A stretch of DNA of 43,362 nt from an uncultured Azospirillum sp. Its GTDB lineage: Bacteria > Pseudomonadota > Alphaproteobacteria > RF32 > CAG-239. Below are positions 24,676 to 35,209 of the stretch, piece by piece. The position numbers were made by a program, and so were the translations under genes. The notes under the pieces are model-generated. The model saw only the letters and a list, made by a program, of their open reading frames with translations, ran no database searches and was not told where the DNA came from. Where the stretch lies: the NCBI GenBank assembly GCA_946623145.1, contig CAMOQT010000002.1, positions 1 to 43,362 of the forward strand. Reading direction: 5' to 3'. How positions within the stretch are numbered: the first letter of the stretch is position 1; the number at the start of each line of letters is the position of its first letter.

Positions 24676-26947
24676 GTTTTCGCATTGTGCTTTTTTATTG
24701 GGAAGCGTTTTTGGGGCTATGTCGTTTCCTGCTTATGCAGAACAGCTTCCTATTGCAGGACAAGTGTCTTCCCATTCTAAATCAACACCTTATGTTAGTT
24801 TTGATCCGCACCCGAGCTTGACAGGGTTATTTACACCACGTCCAATAGAGCATGATACGGATGATATTTATTTTAGTGCACGTGAAATCCAAAACGATAA
24901 GAAAACAAACATCATTACCGCTCTAGGGGATGTTTATATTGTGCGTAGTGATGCGACATTAAAGGCAGATAAAGTTATCTACAATCAAGATTTAGACATT
25001 ATTACAGCAAAAGGTAATATTACCCTTGTTGATCAAGGTGATAATGTTTTGTTTGCCGATGAGATGGTTTTGCAAGATAAAATGAGTAAAGGAACCATCC
25101 ATAAACTCAAAGTTGTTATGAGAGATGAAAGTCGTGTTTGGGCGGACAGAATTAAAACCTTAAATAATAATGATAAAGTTATGTACAATGCGGTATATAC
25201 ACCTTGTGATTGTTGCACAGAGGGTGATCCTCAAAAGGAACCTTTATGGAAAATTACCGCAGATAAAATTCGTCAAGATGTTTCAGAACAAAATATTTAC
25301 TATAAAAATGCTGTTTTAAAAATTAAAGATGTTCCTGTTTTTTATACGCCGTTTCTGTCACATCCGGATCCGTCAGTTAAACGCAGAAGTGGAGTGTTAA
25401 TGCCCACTTATGGATCATCTAACTTTTTGGATACATATATTCAGACAGGTTATTTCTGGGCTATTGATGATCATTCTGATTTTACATTTAATCCATATCT
25501 CAGCACGAAACGATTGATTGTTCCTTTTGCTAAATATCATGCTTATATTCCGGAAGGAGATTTCTCTTTAGAGGGAAGTGTTATGCGTGATAATGATAGA
25601 CACAAAACGAGAGGGCATTTATTCTCAAAAGCTCGTTATGAAATTAATGAAAATTGGTTGATGAATTTAGACGCTAAGTATGTTTCGGATACGCTGTATC
25701 TGAAAGATATGTCTTTGCCTGAAAAATTAGATGCATGGCTGACATCTAATTTGAAATTCGAATATTTTAATAATAGAGATTATGCAGATATTGAAGCTTA
25801 TTACTTTAAGATGATCAGTTATGATTTACGTACAACCCAAAGACGAGATAAGTATAATGCTTCATATGTTTTGCCATTAATTAATTATGAAAAATATAAT
25901 CAATTGTCTGATTCCGGTTTGTATACGCGTAATGTCTTTAATTTTGCTTCAATTACTCATGATGATGAAACCGCAAGCACTCAACGCGGAACGATGATTA
26001 ATGAGTTAATTTTACCATATACGAGCAAATTTGGTGAAAAGATCAGATTTGTCGGATCTGTTAAATCTGATTTTTATTATGTTGACGATTATCTGAATAC
26101 GGAGAAAAAATATTTCACAGGTACTGCTGCTCGAGTTTTCCCGCAATTGGGCGTAGAGTGGAAGTTGCCGTTTATTAAAGCCAATGAAGATACGCGCCAA
26201 ATCATTGAACCGGTTGTTGTTGCGGTTGCAGCGCCAAATGATAGCAATAAGATTAATAAAATACCAAATGAAGATAGTCAAAATGCAGCTTTAGATGATA
26301 CTAATGTTTTAGATTTAGATCGCTATAGCGGATATGATCGTAATGATACGGGAAGTCGTGTCAGTTATGGTTTGAACTGGAGTTCGTATGGTAATATTTT
26401 AGGAAGAACACAAGCCTTTATAGCTCAAAGTTATTATTTTAATGATGAAGCAAGTTTTTCAAAGAGTTTAGGTAAAAAAGATAAGTTGAGTGATTATGTT
26501 GGTCGTGTTTATGCAAATCCGAATGAGTATCTCGATTTGAATTATAGATTCCGTTTGGATAAAGATGATTTGAAGATAAAGTATAGTGAATTAGGTGCTT
26601 CTTTTGGTCCTCAGATGTTAAAAGCATACATTTCATATATTTATCTTAATGATGATGATTATTCGGGTGATGATGGTTCTACTGTTTTGGATAGACACGA
26701 ATTATATACTTCTTTAACAGCAGAATTGTCGAAGGATTGGAAATTGACAATCTTTAATAGACAAGATTTGTCCGGCGGAAAGAGTTATTCTCTTGAGCAT
26801 GGCGGCTCATTAACCTATGAAGACGAATGTATGGCTTTGATTGGGAACATTGAGCGTTATTCTTCAAATGATCCGGATGTGGAAAATAATTATGAATTTA
26901 GTATATCCTTCTTGTTGAAAACAATCGGTGGGTTAGGTTCAAAATAA
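24668..26947 (+). CDS. lptD: LPS-assembly outer-membrane protein LptD
   Basis: Signal peptide MSRFSHCAFLLGSVFGAMSFPAYA, OstA-like N-terminal domain, large beta-barrel body. Conserved lptFG-lptD-surA-rsmA context. ATG 24668 preferred over TTG 24650. Confidence 0.85.
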   Translation: MSRFSHCAFLLGSVFGAMSFPAYAEQLPIAGQVSSHSKSTPYVSFDPHPSLTGLFTPRPIEHDTDDIYFSAREIQNDKKTNIITALGDVYIVRSDATLKADKVIYNQDLDIITAKGNITLVDQGDNVLFADEMVLQDKMSKGTIHKLKVVMRDESRVWADRIKTLNNNDKVMYNAVYTPCDCCTEGDPQKEPLWKITADKIRQDVSEQNIYYKNAVLKIKDVPVFYTPFLSHPDPSVKRRSGVLMPTYGSSNFLDTYIQTGYFWAIDDHSDFTFNPYLSTKRLIVPFAKYHAYIPEGDFSLEGSVMRDNDRHKTRGHLFSKARYEINENWLMNLDAKYVSDTLYLKDMSLPEKLDAWLTSNLKFEYFNNRDYADIEAYYFKMISYDLRTTQRRDKYNASYVLPLINYEKYNQLSDSGLYTRNVFNFASITHDDETASTQRGTMINELILPYTSKFGEKIRFVGSVKSDFYYVDDYLNTEKKYFTGTAARVFPQLGVEWKLPFIKANEDTRQIIEPVVVAVAAPNDSNKINKIPNEDSQNAALDDTNVLDLDRYSGYDRNDTGSRVSYGLNWSSYGNILGRTQAFIAQSYYFNDEASFSKSLGKKDKLSDYVGRVYANPNEYLDLNYRFRLDKDDLKIKYSELGASFGPQMLKAYISYIYLNDDDYSGDDGSTVLDRHELYTSLTAELSKDWKLTIFNRQDLSGGKSYSLEHGGSLTYEDECMALIGNIERYSSNDPDVENNYEFSISFLLKTIGGLGSK

Positions 26948-26963
26948 AAAAAGGAGAAAAAGT

Positions 26964-28037
26964 ATGCGTAGAGTGATTTGTTTGATTTCTACGGTGTTAA
27001 TGTCTTTCTCGGTTCAGGCACAGTTTTTGGATGTTAACAAAATTGGAGCCTCTCAAGATTCTCGTTCGGTTATGTTTCAGGAGCCGCAAAAAACGGTTGA
27101 TAAACCGATTCAACAATCTCAAAAAAAGAGCAAAGTTGTTCCTAAAAAAAATGCTCAAGTTACGAATATCTCTTTTTTTAAGCCCGGTGATGCCAAAATA
27201 ATGGCTATTGTTAACGGGGAAGCAATTTCTTCATCGGATATCGAAAGTTATGCAAAATTATTTATGCTTAATACAGGTGTTCCTCTGAACAATAAAACAA
27301 AGCCAATGATTATTAATAAGGTTTTACAAACAGCTATTGATGAAAAAATAAAAAAACAAGAAGCTGAGAAAAATCAAATTACGGTCAGCGATAAAGATTT
27401 AATTGGTGCTATGAATCATTATGAAAATGTAAGAAAGATGCCAAAAGGAAGTTTGCAAAAATTGTTTAAGCAAAAAGGTATCAATGAGGCTGTTTTTAAG
27501 CAGCAACTTAAAACAGAAATTTTATGGGCTCGTTTAGTTCGTCGTAAAATGGCAGCAGAGTCTTATGTGACACAGCGGGAAGTAGAAGATGCTATTAAGC
27601 GGTCACAAGAAGATATGAGCAGTCCGAAGTACAGAGTTTCAGAAATAGTTATTCCGGTGAAGAAAGCAGGAAACATAGAAGTTTTAGTTGAAAACATTCG
27701 CCGAGACAAAGTCTTTAATATGTATGCTGCTCAATTTTCTCAGAGTCCCAGTGCTTCAACAGGAGGAAGCTTGGGTTGGCTGAAAGAAGGACAATTGCCT
27801 CAACCGTTAGAAGCTAAAATCAAAAAAATGAAAGTCGGACAGGTTTCAGAGCCAATTAAGTATGAGGATAATTTTTATATTTTGCAACTTGATGATAAGT
27901 TTGTTCCGGGAAAAAAGCCTGAAAAAATCTCTTTTGATGACATGAAGAACGCTCTAGAAACTGAACGTTTAGAAGGCTTTTCAGCAAAGTATCTGCAAAA
28001 TTTACGGCAAAAATCCGTTATAGAATTTAAGGATTAG
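26964..28037 (+). CDS. surA: SurA-like periplasmic chaperone / parvulin-type peptidyl-prolyl isomerase
   Basis: Signal peptide, SurA N-terminal-like region, parvulin motif GGSLGWLKEGQL, and position after lptD. Confidence 0.75.
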   Translation: MRRVICLISTVLMSFSVQAQFLDVNKIGASQDSRSVMFQEPQKTVDKPIQQSQKKSKVVPKKNAQVTNISFFKPGDAKIMAIVNGEAISSSDIESYAKLFMLNTGVPLNNKTKPMIINKVLQTAIDEKIKKQEAEKNQITVSDKDLIGAMNHYENVRKMPKGSLQKLFKQKGINEAVFKQQLKTEILWARLVRRKMAAESYVTQREVEDAIKRSQEDMSSPKYRVSEIVIPVKKAGNIEVLVENIRRDKVFNMYAAQFSQSPSASTGGSLGWLKEGQLPQPLEAKIKKMKVGQVSEPIKYEDNFYILQLDDKFVPGKKPEKISFDDMKNALETERLEGFSAKYLQNLRQKSVIEFKD

Positions 28038-28038
28038 G

Positions 28039-28893
28039 ATGGTTTCTCTGCAAGAAAAAGTCAATACTTTGCCGTCTTTGAAAGTGACGGTAGAAGCTCA
28101 TGGTCTAATGGCTAAAAAGGCTTTAGGGCAAAATTTTTTGCTGGATAAAAATATTACAGATAAAATTATTCGTCTTTCTTTAGAAAAACAGGGATTAAAA
28201 AATTATACTGAATCCAATGTTTTTGAAGTTGGTCCCGGTCCGGGAGGTTTGACTCGAGCAATTATGTCGGCTGATCCTCGTCATTTTACAGTTGTAGAAA
28301 TGGATGAAAGGTGTATTGACATTATGGAGGATATTCGGCGTCTCGCTCCTGATAAAATGGATATTATTAATGGCGATGCGATGAATATTGATTTTAGTAA
28401 AATGGGCAAAAGTCCTCGCCATATTGTCAGTAATTTGCCTTATAACATATCTGTTCCGTTATTGGTCGGATGGCTTCAAAAAATATCACAATATCAGAGT
28501 TTGACTTTAATGTTTCAAAAAGAGGTTGCTGAGAGAATTATGGCTCCGATTAAAACCAAAGATTATGGAAGAATTTCTATTTTAAGTCAGTTGCAATGTC
28601 GGATAGATAAATTAATGGATTTGAGTCCGGATTGCTTTGTTCCGGCACCTAAAATATGGTCAAGCGTCCTGTTGTTTAGACCATTGGAAAAAGTTTTATC
28701 TGCAGATCAAATAAATAAAATCGAAAGATTAACGCAGATTTGTTTTGCACAACGCCGTAAAATGATACGACAGAGTTTGAAAGGATATTCTAAAATAGAA
28801 TCGGCTGCAGAAAAGGCCGGCGTTTTATTGACACAAAGACCGGAAGAAATTACACCACAACAGTTTTTGATGCTGGCAGAAGGAATATTATAA
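28039..28893 (+). CDS. rsmA: 16S rRNA (adenine1518/1519-N6)-dimethyltransferase
   Basis: LGQNFL, SAM motif VFEVGPGPGGLT, and SNLPYNIS. Confidence 0.9.
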   Translation: MVSLQEKVNTLPSLKVTVEAHGLMAKKALGQNFLLDKNITDKIIRLSLEKQGLKNYTESNVFEVGPGPGGLTRAIMSADPRHFTVVEMDERCIDIMEDIRRLAPDKMDIINGDAMNIDFSKMGKSPRHIVSNLPYNISVPLLVGWLQKISQYQSLTLMFQKEVAERIMAPIKTKDYGRISILSQLQCRIDKLMDLSPDCFVPAPKIWSSVLLFRPLEKVLSADQINKIERLTQICFAQRRKMIRQSLKGYSKIESAAEKAGVLLTQRPEEITPQQFLMLAEGIL

Positions 28894-28906
28894 GGATTTT
28901 TTGTAA

Positions 28907-30082
28907 GTGATACGTCGTAATATTTTCTTATTTAAATGTATAAATTTTTTTAACGGTTTATGGTTGTTTTCTGCAATGGCTGTTATTTATTTTGAGCAGG
29001 TTTGCCATTCGTATGCTTTGGCGATGTTGGCTTTCTCCTTAGTTAATCTGTCACAATGTTGCATGGAGGTTCCTTGTGGCATATTTTCTGATAGAATAAG
29101 CCGCAAAAAAACACTTGTATGTGGTGAATTTTGTTTGTTTATTAATATGCTTCTATGGGCTGTGGCTGGATTTTATGAGTCGTATTGGTTGTTGTTTTTG
29201 GGATCTATATTTAGAGGTGTCGGGTTGGCTTTTAAGTCAGGAACTGATACGGCAATGATTTATGAGACTTTAAATCAAATCCGAAAAAGAAAGCTTTTCA
29301 TGTCTATCTTAGCTAAAATTACTTCTTTTCATCAGTTAGGATTGTTATTGTCAGCTTTATTAGCAACAGTTGTTACATATTATTTTTCTTTGAAAGATTT
29401 GGTTTGTTTATCCGTTATTCCTGCATTTTTAAATGTTATTGTCGCGTTGTGTTTGGTTAATCCTAAAAACCAGTTTGATGATGAAATTTCTTTATGTAAG
29501 CAAGTTATTAAGAGTTTTTCGTTGTTTTTTAAGAAAAGAAAGCTCAGAAATTATGCTGTTATGGAAGTTTTGAATGCTTCTTTGGTAAATTCGGTTTTTC
29601 GTTTTGAATCGGCTTATTTCGGAGAATTATTGCCGTTATATATGGTTAGTATTGTCCGTATTTTGCAACACGCTTTAGGGTGTATCAGTTTTCATATTGC
29701 AGCAATGCTTGATAAAATAAATTTATTAAAAATTATATGTTATTCAACGTTAGGAAATTCATTATTAAGGTTAATTGGTTTGGCTATGAATAATGCAATA
29801 GCCCCATTTGTTATAGCTATGCAAAATTTATTTTATGGGCCTGCCGTTTCCTCCTCAACAACACTTTTGCAGAAGGAGTATAATAATAGCCTTAGAGCTA
29901 CGCTTGATTCTATGATCGGTTTGATGAATAGTCTTTTTATTGCTTTAGGAAGCTTTTTATTAGGGGTTGCCGCTGATTTTTATTCAGCTCGTACGATTTT
30001 AGTTTGTTGTTCTTTTGCCGGTATAGGAATTGCTTTTGCTTATCATGGATTATTACCTCCTGTTAGCAAAGCCAGACAATAA
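28907..30082 (+). CDS. MFS-type transporter
   Basis: About 12 hydrophobic segments. Loop 2-3 motif GIFSDRISRKK resembles MFS motif A. GTG start. Confidence 0.6.
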   Translation: MIRRNIFLFKCINFFNGLWLFSAMAVIYFEQVCHSYALAMLAFSLVNLSQCCMEVPCGIFSDRISRKKTLVCGEFCLFINMLLWAVAGFYESYWLLFLGSIFRGVGLAFKSGTDTAMIYETLNQIRKRKLFMSILAKITSFHQLGLLLSALLATVVTYYFSLKDLVCLSVIPAFLNVIVALCLVNPKNQFDDEISLCKQVIKSFSLFFKKRKLRNYAVMEVLNASLVNSVFRFESAYFGELLPLYMVSIVRILQHALGCISFHIAAMLDKINLLKIICYSTLGNSLLRLIGLAMNNAIAPFVIAMQNLFYGPAVSSSTTLLQKEYNNSLRATLDSMIGLMNSLFIALGSFLLGVAADFYSARTILVCCSFAGIGIAFAYHGLLPPVSKARQ

Positions 30083-30116
30083 AAAAACACTCTGCATTTC
30101 GCAGAGTGTTTTTTTG
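30081..30116. terminator. bidirectional rho-independent terminator between the MFS gene and valS
   Basis: ACACTCTGC-ATTTC-GCAGAGTGT flanked by A7 and T7. Confidence 0.8.
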
Positions 30117-30124
30117 TTAGTTTA

Positions 30125-32767
30125 TTAGAAGTTAGCTATTCTGGCTAAGGCTTCTTCTATTTTTTCTTTATTGGCAAGCGCTTCTGCCTGACGGCGTTTT
30201 TCTTCCTCAACAACTTGTGCCGGAGCACGTTCAACGAAAGAAGCGTTACTTAATTTACGAGCATATCCTTCAATATTTTTATTGAGATTTGCTAATTCCT
30301 TATTTAAGCGTTCGCGTTCAGCAGAGAAGTCAACAACACCTTTGAGTGGTAATAATAAAGTTGCTTCTTTGAAAACGTTTTGAACCATATCAGGTGTGAT
30401 TGCATAGTTGTCAGCAACACATTCTATATTCTCTAAACGAGCTAATGAACAAATGATGTTTTCAAGTGCTTTTAAGCTGTTTTGAGATTGAGCGTTTGCT
30501 CCCTTGAGTTTAACAACCAGTTTTGTGGCTGCAGGAATATTCATTTCAGCACGCAGAGAACGGATTGAGCTGATTAAATCAATTGCCCAATCGATTTCGG
30601 TTAAAGCATTGGTGTCAATGGTCTCATTTTTTATCCATTGTGCATGAATTAATTTAACATCACGTGTGGCCGTATTATTCCACAATTCAGTAGTAATAAA
30701 CGGCATAAAAGGATGCAGAATAAGTAAAATTCTATCTAATACCCATGCCGCAACGGCGCGAGTTTCTGCTTTTTGGGATTCATCTTCACCATAAAAAACA
30801 GGCTTACTTAACTCAATGTACCAGTCACAAAATGTTCCCCAAACAAACTGATAAACAGCATTTGCGGCTTCAGAGAAGCGATAGGCATCAAGGTTATCTG
30901 TAACTTCTTTGGTAGCCAGTTTAGCTTTGGCAATAATCCATTTATTAATTGCCAACTTAGCAGAAGTTTCATCAAAATCTTTGATTGATTTACATTCGTT
31001 CATTTCGCAGAAACGAGCAGCATTCCATAATTTTGTTGCAAAATTACGATAGCCTGCAATGCGAGATTCACTCATGTTAATATCACGACCTTGAGTTTCC
31101 ATAGCAGCCATGAAAAATCTAAGAGCATCTGCACCATATTTCTCAATGGTTTCCATTGGGTCAATGGTGTTTCCTTTCGATTTTGACATTTTTTGGCCTT
31201 TTTCATCACGAACCAAACCGTGAATATAGCATTTTTTGAAAGGAATGCGTTTCATTGCATACATGCTCATCATCATCATGCGGGCAACCCAGAAGAAGAT
31301 GATATCGAAACCGGTAACCAAAACTGAAGTTGGATAAAATTTATCCAAGTATTCAGATTTGTCCGGCCAACCTAATGTTGAAAAAGCCCACAAACCAGAA
31401 GAAAACCAAGTATCTAAAACGTCTGTTTCGCGACGCAATTCAACGTGTTTACCGTAGAATTTGTCTGCTTTAGCCTGAGCTTCTTCTTCATTTTCTTCGC
31501 AGAAAATATGCTCATCCGGTCCGTACCAAATCGGCATTTGGTGTCCCCACCAGAGTTGACGAGAAATGCACCATGGTTGGATGTTACGCATCCATTCAAA
31601 ATAAGTTTTTTCGTAAGACTTTGGAACAAACTGCATTTCTCCGTTTTCAACAACGCGGATTGCTTCTCTTGCTAAAGTTGGTGCATCAACGAACCATTGG
31701 TCGGTCATTAATGGTTCAATAATAACACCTGAGCGATCACCATAAGGAATAACCATCGGGTGATCTTCAATCTTTTCCATAACACCGAGCTCTGTCAGTT
31801 TGGCGATAGTTTTTTCACGAGCCTCTAAGGTTGTCATACCGGCATAAGGTGTGTTTTCGTTTAAGGTTGCATCAGGATTTAAGATATTAACCAAAGGTAA
31901 ATTATGGCGTTTTCCGACTTCAAAGTCATTAAAATCGTGTGCCGGTGTGATTTTAACGGCACCGGTTCCTTTTTCTGGATCAGCATGATCATCAGCAATA
32001 ATCGGAATCGATTTATTAATAATCGGAATAATACAATTTTTGCCTATTAAATGATTTAATTTTTCGTTTTTAGCGCTAACTGCAACAGCTGTATCACCAA
32101 ACATTGTTTCAGGACGTGTGGTGGCAATATGAATAAATTCGCCTTCTTCGCCTTCAATCGGGTATTTGTAATAATACATTTTACCTAAAGTTTCTTTTTG
32201 AACAACTTCCAGATCAGAAATAGCGGTTAAGAATTTAGAATCCCAGTTAACGAGTTTTTTCGCTTTGTAAATTAAACCATCTTTGTATAAGTTTACAAAG
32301 ATTTTGCGAACAGCACGTGATAAACCTTCATCCATAGTAAAGCGTTCACGAGACCAATCACAAGAAGCACCTAAGCGGCGAAGTTGTTTAGTGATTGTAC
32401 CCCCGGATTGTTCTTTCCACTTCCAAACAGTTTCAATAAATTTTTCCCGCCCTAAGTCATGACGAGAAATACCTTGTTTAGCTAAATTGCGTTCAACAAC
32501 CATTTGAGTTGCAATGCCGGCATGGTCTGTTCCGGGTTGCCAAAGAACATTTTTGCCTTGCATACGATTGTAACGGATTAAAATATCTTGCAAAGTGTCA
32601 TCAAGAGCGTGTCCCATATGTAAAACGCCGGTAACATTCGGCGGAGGGATAACAATGGCAAAATTATCTTTATTTGCGCGCATATCCGGTTTGAAATCTC
32701 CGGATTGTTCCCAATCAGCATAAATTTTTTCTTCAAAATCTTTAGGATTATAGTTTTTTTCTAACAT
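30125..32767 (-). CDS. valS: valine-tRNA ligase
   Basis: 880 aa. HIGH-type motif (PNVTGVLHMGHA), KMSKS, C-terminal coiled coil. Confidence 0.95.
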   Translation of the reverse strand: MLEKNYNPKDFEEKIYADWEQSGDFKPDMRANKDNFAIVIPPPNVTGVLHMGHALDDTLQDILIRYNRMQGKNVLWQPGTDHAGIATQMVVERNLAKQGISRHDLGREKFIETVWKWKEQSGGTITKQLRRLGASCDWSRERFTMDEGLSRAVRKIFVNLYKDGLIYKAKKLVNWDSKFLTAISDLEVVQKETLGKMYYYKYPIEGEEGEFIHIATTRPETMFGDTAVAVSAKNEKLNHLIGKNCIIPIINKSIPIIADDHADPEKGTGAVKITPAHDFNDFEVGKRHNLPLVNILNPDATLNENTPYAGMTTLEAREKTIAKLTELGVMEKIEDHPMVIPYGDRSGVIIEPLMTDQWFVDAPTLAREAIRVVENGEMQFVPKSYEKTYFEWMRNIQPWCISRQLWWGHQMPIWYGPDEHIFCEENEEEAQAKADKFYGKHVELRRETDVLDTWFSSGLWAFSTLGWPDKSEYLDKFYPTSVLVTGFDIIFFWVARMMMMSMYAMKRIPFKKCYIHGLVRDEKGQKMSKSKGNTIDPMETIEKYGADALRFFMAAMETQGRDINMSESRIAGYRNFATKLWNAARFCEMNECKSIKDFDETSAKLAINKWIIAKAKLATKEVTDNLDAYRFSEAANAVYQFVWGTFCDWYIELSKPVFYGEDESQKAETRAVAAWVLDRILLILHPFMPFITTELWNNTATRDVKLIHAQWIKNETIDTNALTEIDWAIDLISSIRSLRAEMNIPAATKLVVKLKGANAQSQNSLKALENIICSLARLENIECVADNYAITPDMVQNVFKEATLLLPLKGVVDFSAERERLNKELANLNKNIEGYARKLSNASFVERAPAQVVEEEKRRQAEALANKEKIEEALARIANF

Positions 32768-32904
32768 TTATAAAGTTCCTTAATTTGTCAAAATTGGCGT
32801 TATTTTATCATAAAATCTTGAGCTGTAAACAGCAAAATGCCCTCAAATTAGAGATTTTTGGGGGCACTAACGATTTATAGGACAGTTCGGCAAAAAATTG
32901 TGCG

Positions 32905-33669
32905 TTAAGAACCGACCTTTGCAATCACTCGTTCAATTTCTTTAGCAACGGTTCTTTCAACGATGGATGCGAGATTATTGTTCAGCCATTCACGAGTTTG
33001 ATTGGCTATAATTTCAGAAGCAATTTCTTCAAAATGGACATCAAGGCAATTTCTTACTTGTTCAATAATAGCATTTTTAACAAGAGAAGATATATTTGAT
33101 CCTTCAATTGTAGAAGAAACGGATTTTCCAATCTTTGAGTTTTGGGTATTTGTTGCTGTTTGTAATTGTTCCTGACGTTTTTCTGCAAAAACTTTAGCGA
33201 AATTGTTTATAATATTTGCAGAAGCATCAATCGCTTCTTCTTTTACCGAAGCCGGTTCTTTTTCCTGTTCCGAATCAATTTCCGGAATGTCTTTGAATAC
33301 AGAAATTTGATCTAAATTGATATCTTCAGCCATTTTTAAGGTTTGTTCAATATCGATGCTGTCGGCTAAATTTATAGGATCATCTTTTTCTGTATTGTCA
33401 GTTGCCTCAGGTTCTGCAGCGGGTTGTTCTTTTGCCGGTTCTGTAGCGGAAGTAGCATTAGATACGTCTTTATCTTTAGATTCATCAACAATCATAGAAT
33501 CATCTAAGTTTAAGATATCATCAATTGGTTCCGGTTCAGGTGTTTTTGATTCTGAAGGCACTTCGGACGAGGTGCTTTCTTGCGGAGCACCATTTTCATC
33601 AACCAGAATATTTTTGATTGATGATAAAATATCTTCGACGGACAATTCTTCTTGAGGTGTTTCACTCAT
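32905..33669 (-). CDS. popZ: PopZ-like pole-organizing protein (DUF2497 family)
   Basis: N-terminal VEDILSSIKNIL helix, acidic Pro/Glu-rich middle, C-terminal REWLNNNLASIVERTVAKEIERV closely resembling Caulobacter PopZ KEWLDQNLPRIVETKVEEEVQRI. Lies between valS and tolC. Confidence 0.7.
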   Translation of the reverse strand: MSETPQEELSVEDILSSIKNILVDENGAPQESTSSEVPSESKTPEPEPIDDILNLDDSMIVDESKDKDVSNATSATEPAKEQPAAEPEATDNTEKDDPINLADSIDIEQTLKMAEDINLDQISVFKDIPEIDSEQEKEPASVKEEAIDASANIINNFAKVFAEKRQEQLQTATNTQNSKIGKSVSSTIEGSNISSLVKNAIIEQVRNCLDVHFEEIASEIIANQTREWLNNNLASIVERTVAKEIERVIAKVGS

Positions 33670-33700
33670 AATTACTTTCCTTTGGGAACAATGTTAATAA

Positions 33701-35056
33701 TTAATCAACAGATAAAGATAACCATTTACCTTTTGTTTCTTTATAATATTTTTCTGCATCATAAATGTCAACGGCAAGATTTAATTCATTAGCCGTTAAT
33801 TTACCCATAGCAGCTAAAACCTGCATACCTGATACAAAATAGTTGCGACGAGCTTTAACTTCTTCAACTTTTGAACTCAATAATTCGTTATAGGCATCTA
33901 AAACATCAAGAATCGTTCTGTTACCTAAAGTTTCTTCCTTCTGGACACCTTCAAGAGCGATTTCATTGGCTTTAATTTGCTCTTTAATAGATTTAATTTT
34001 AGCATGATTTGCTGCCATATATTCCCATGCTTTGGTGATATCTGAAACAGCTTGGCGCTCTGCATTTAGCAATAATTCTTGAGCTTGCCATTTTTGATAT
34101 TTACTTTGACGAATTCTTGCACGATTTTCTCCGGCATCATACAGAGGAACAGTCATATTAATACCAACAGCATAATAGTCTGTCTTATGATCTTTGGTGT
34201 TGTTTTCCGGATCGTTACGTGATGAATTTGCACTGCCTTCTAAGGAAACTTGAGGGAGTAAAGCCCCGCTGTTAGCAGATACGGTGTAATCTTTTGCGCT
34301 TAATGTTTCTTTTGCAGCAAGGACGGCAAAGTTATGTTCTTTAGCATAAGCTAAAGCATCATTAAAATTATTAGGGATAAATTTACTTAGATTTTTTGGT
34401 TCGGATAAGGTTTTCGGTTCGCTACCGATGACTTGTTTATAAACGGCTTTTGATGCTTCCAAATCTCCTTCAGCACTGATTGTTGTAGCTTGAGCTTGAG
34501 CGTAGCGAGCTTTAGCTTGTGAAACGTCCGTTCTGGTGACATCTCCGACATTGAATCGTTCTGTTGTTTCTTCTAATTTTCTTTTTAGGAGTTTTTCATT
34601 ATTCTTTTGTAATTCAACAATAGCAGCGTTTTGAACTACATTAAAATAAGCTGTTGAAGCGTCTAAAAAGACGTTTTGTTCAACATTAAAAAGGTTTTGT
34701 TGTTCTGCTTTTACATTTTTATCTGCAGCTTTAACGCTATTAAGGGTACTTAATCCGTTGAATAAAGGTTGGGTAATAACAGCAGAAGCAGAGGAATTAG
34801 CCCCGTCACTATCCTGACTATAATTATCATGACTGATATCTGTATCACTATAAGATCCCCGAATTGCAATGGTCGGACGGAATCCTGATTTAGCAATCGC
34901 TACATTTTCATCAACAGCACGAAGATATGCTCTTTGTCCTTGTAGAGTAGGGTTGGTATTATAGGCGCTGCTTAAAGCTTCAAAAACAGTTTGTGCCTTT
35001 GATGGACTGCTTAACGCGCAGGTTAGTAATAGTGCTGTAATAATGATTTTTTTCAT
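33701..35056 (-). CDS. tolC: TolC-family outer-membrane channel
   Basis: Signal peptide MKKIIITALLLTCALSSPSKA, duplicated OEP repeats (LSSAYNTNPTLQGQRA ...). ATG 35056 with an AGAGGAA SD. Confidence 0.85.
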   Translation of the reverse strand: MKKIIITALLLTCALSSPSKAQTVFEALSSAYNTNPTLQGQRAYLRAVDENVAIAKSGFRPTIAIRGSYSDTDISHDNYSQDSDGANSSASAVITQPLFNGLSTLNSVKAADKNVKAEQQNLFNVEQNVFLDASTAYFNVVQNAAIVELQKNNEKLLKRKLEETTERFNVGDVTRTDVSQAKARYAQAQATTISAEGDLEASKAVYKQVIGSEPKTLSEPKNLSKFIPNNFNDALAYAKEHNFAVLAAKETLSAKDYTVSANSGALLPQVSLEGSANSSRNDPENNTKDHKTDYYAVGINMTVPLYDAGENRARIRQSKYQKWQAQELLLNAERQAVSDITKAWEYMAANHAKIKSIKEQIKANEIALEGVQKEETLGNRTILDVLDAYNELLSSKVEEVKARRNYFVSGMQVLAAMGKLTANELNLAVDIYDAEKYYKETKGKWLSLSVD

Positions 35057-35209
35057 GAATATTCCTCTTTTTTTCAAAAGTATAAACATCTCGAAAAATT
35101 TTTCAACCTTATTTTTTTAGTAAAATACACTATATATTAACGATATTTCAAACAATTTATTTTATGAATTTGAATAAATACGTATGTTAATTTTAAAAGG
35201 GGAATTGCC

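Noticed and set aside
33317-33655. 112-aa + strand ORF antisense to popZ
   Set aside because: It is a low-complexity Ser-rich translation of the acidic linker's complement. The popZ frame has clear homology.
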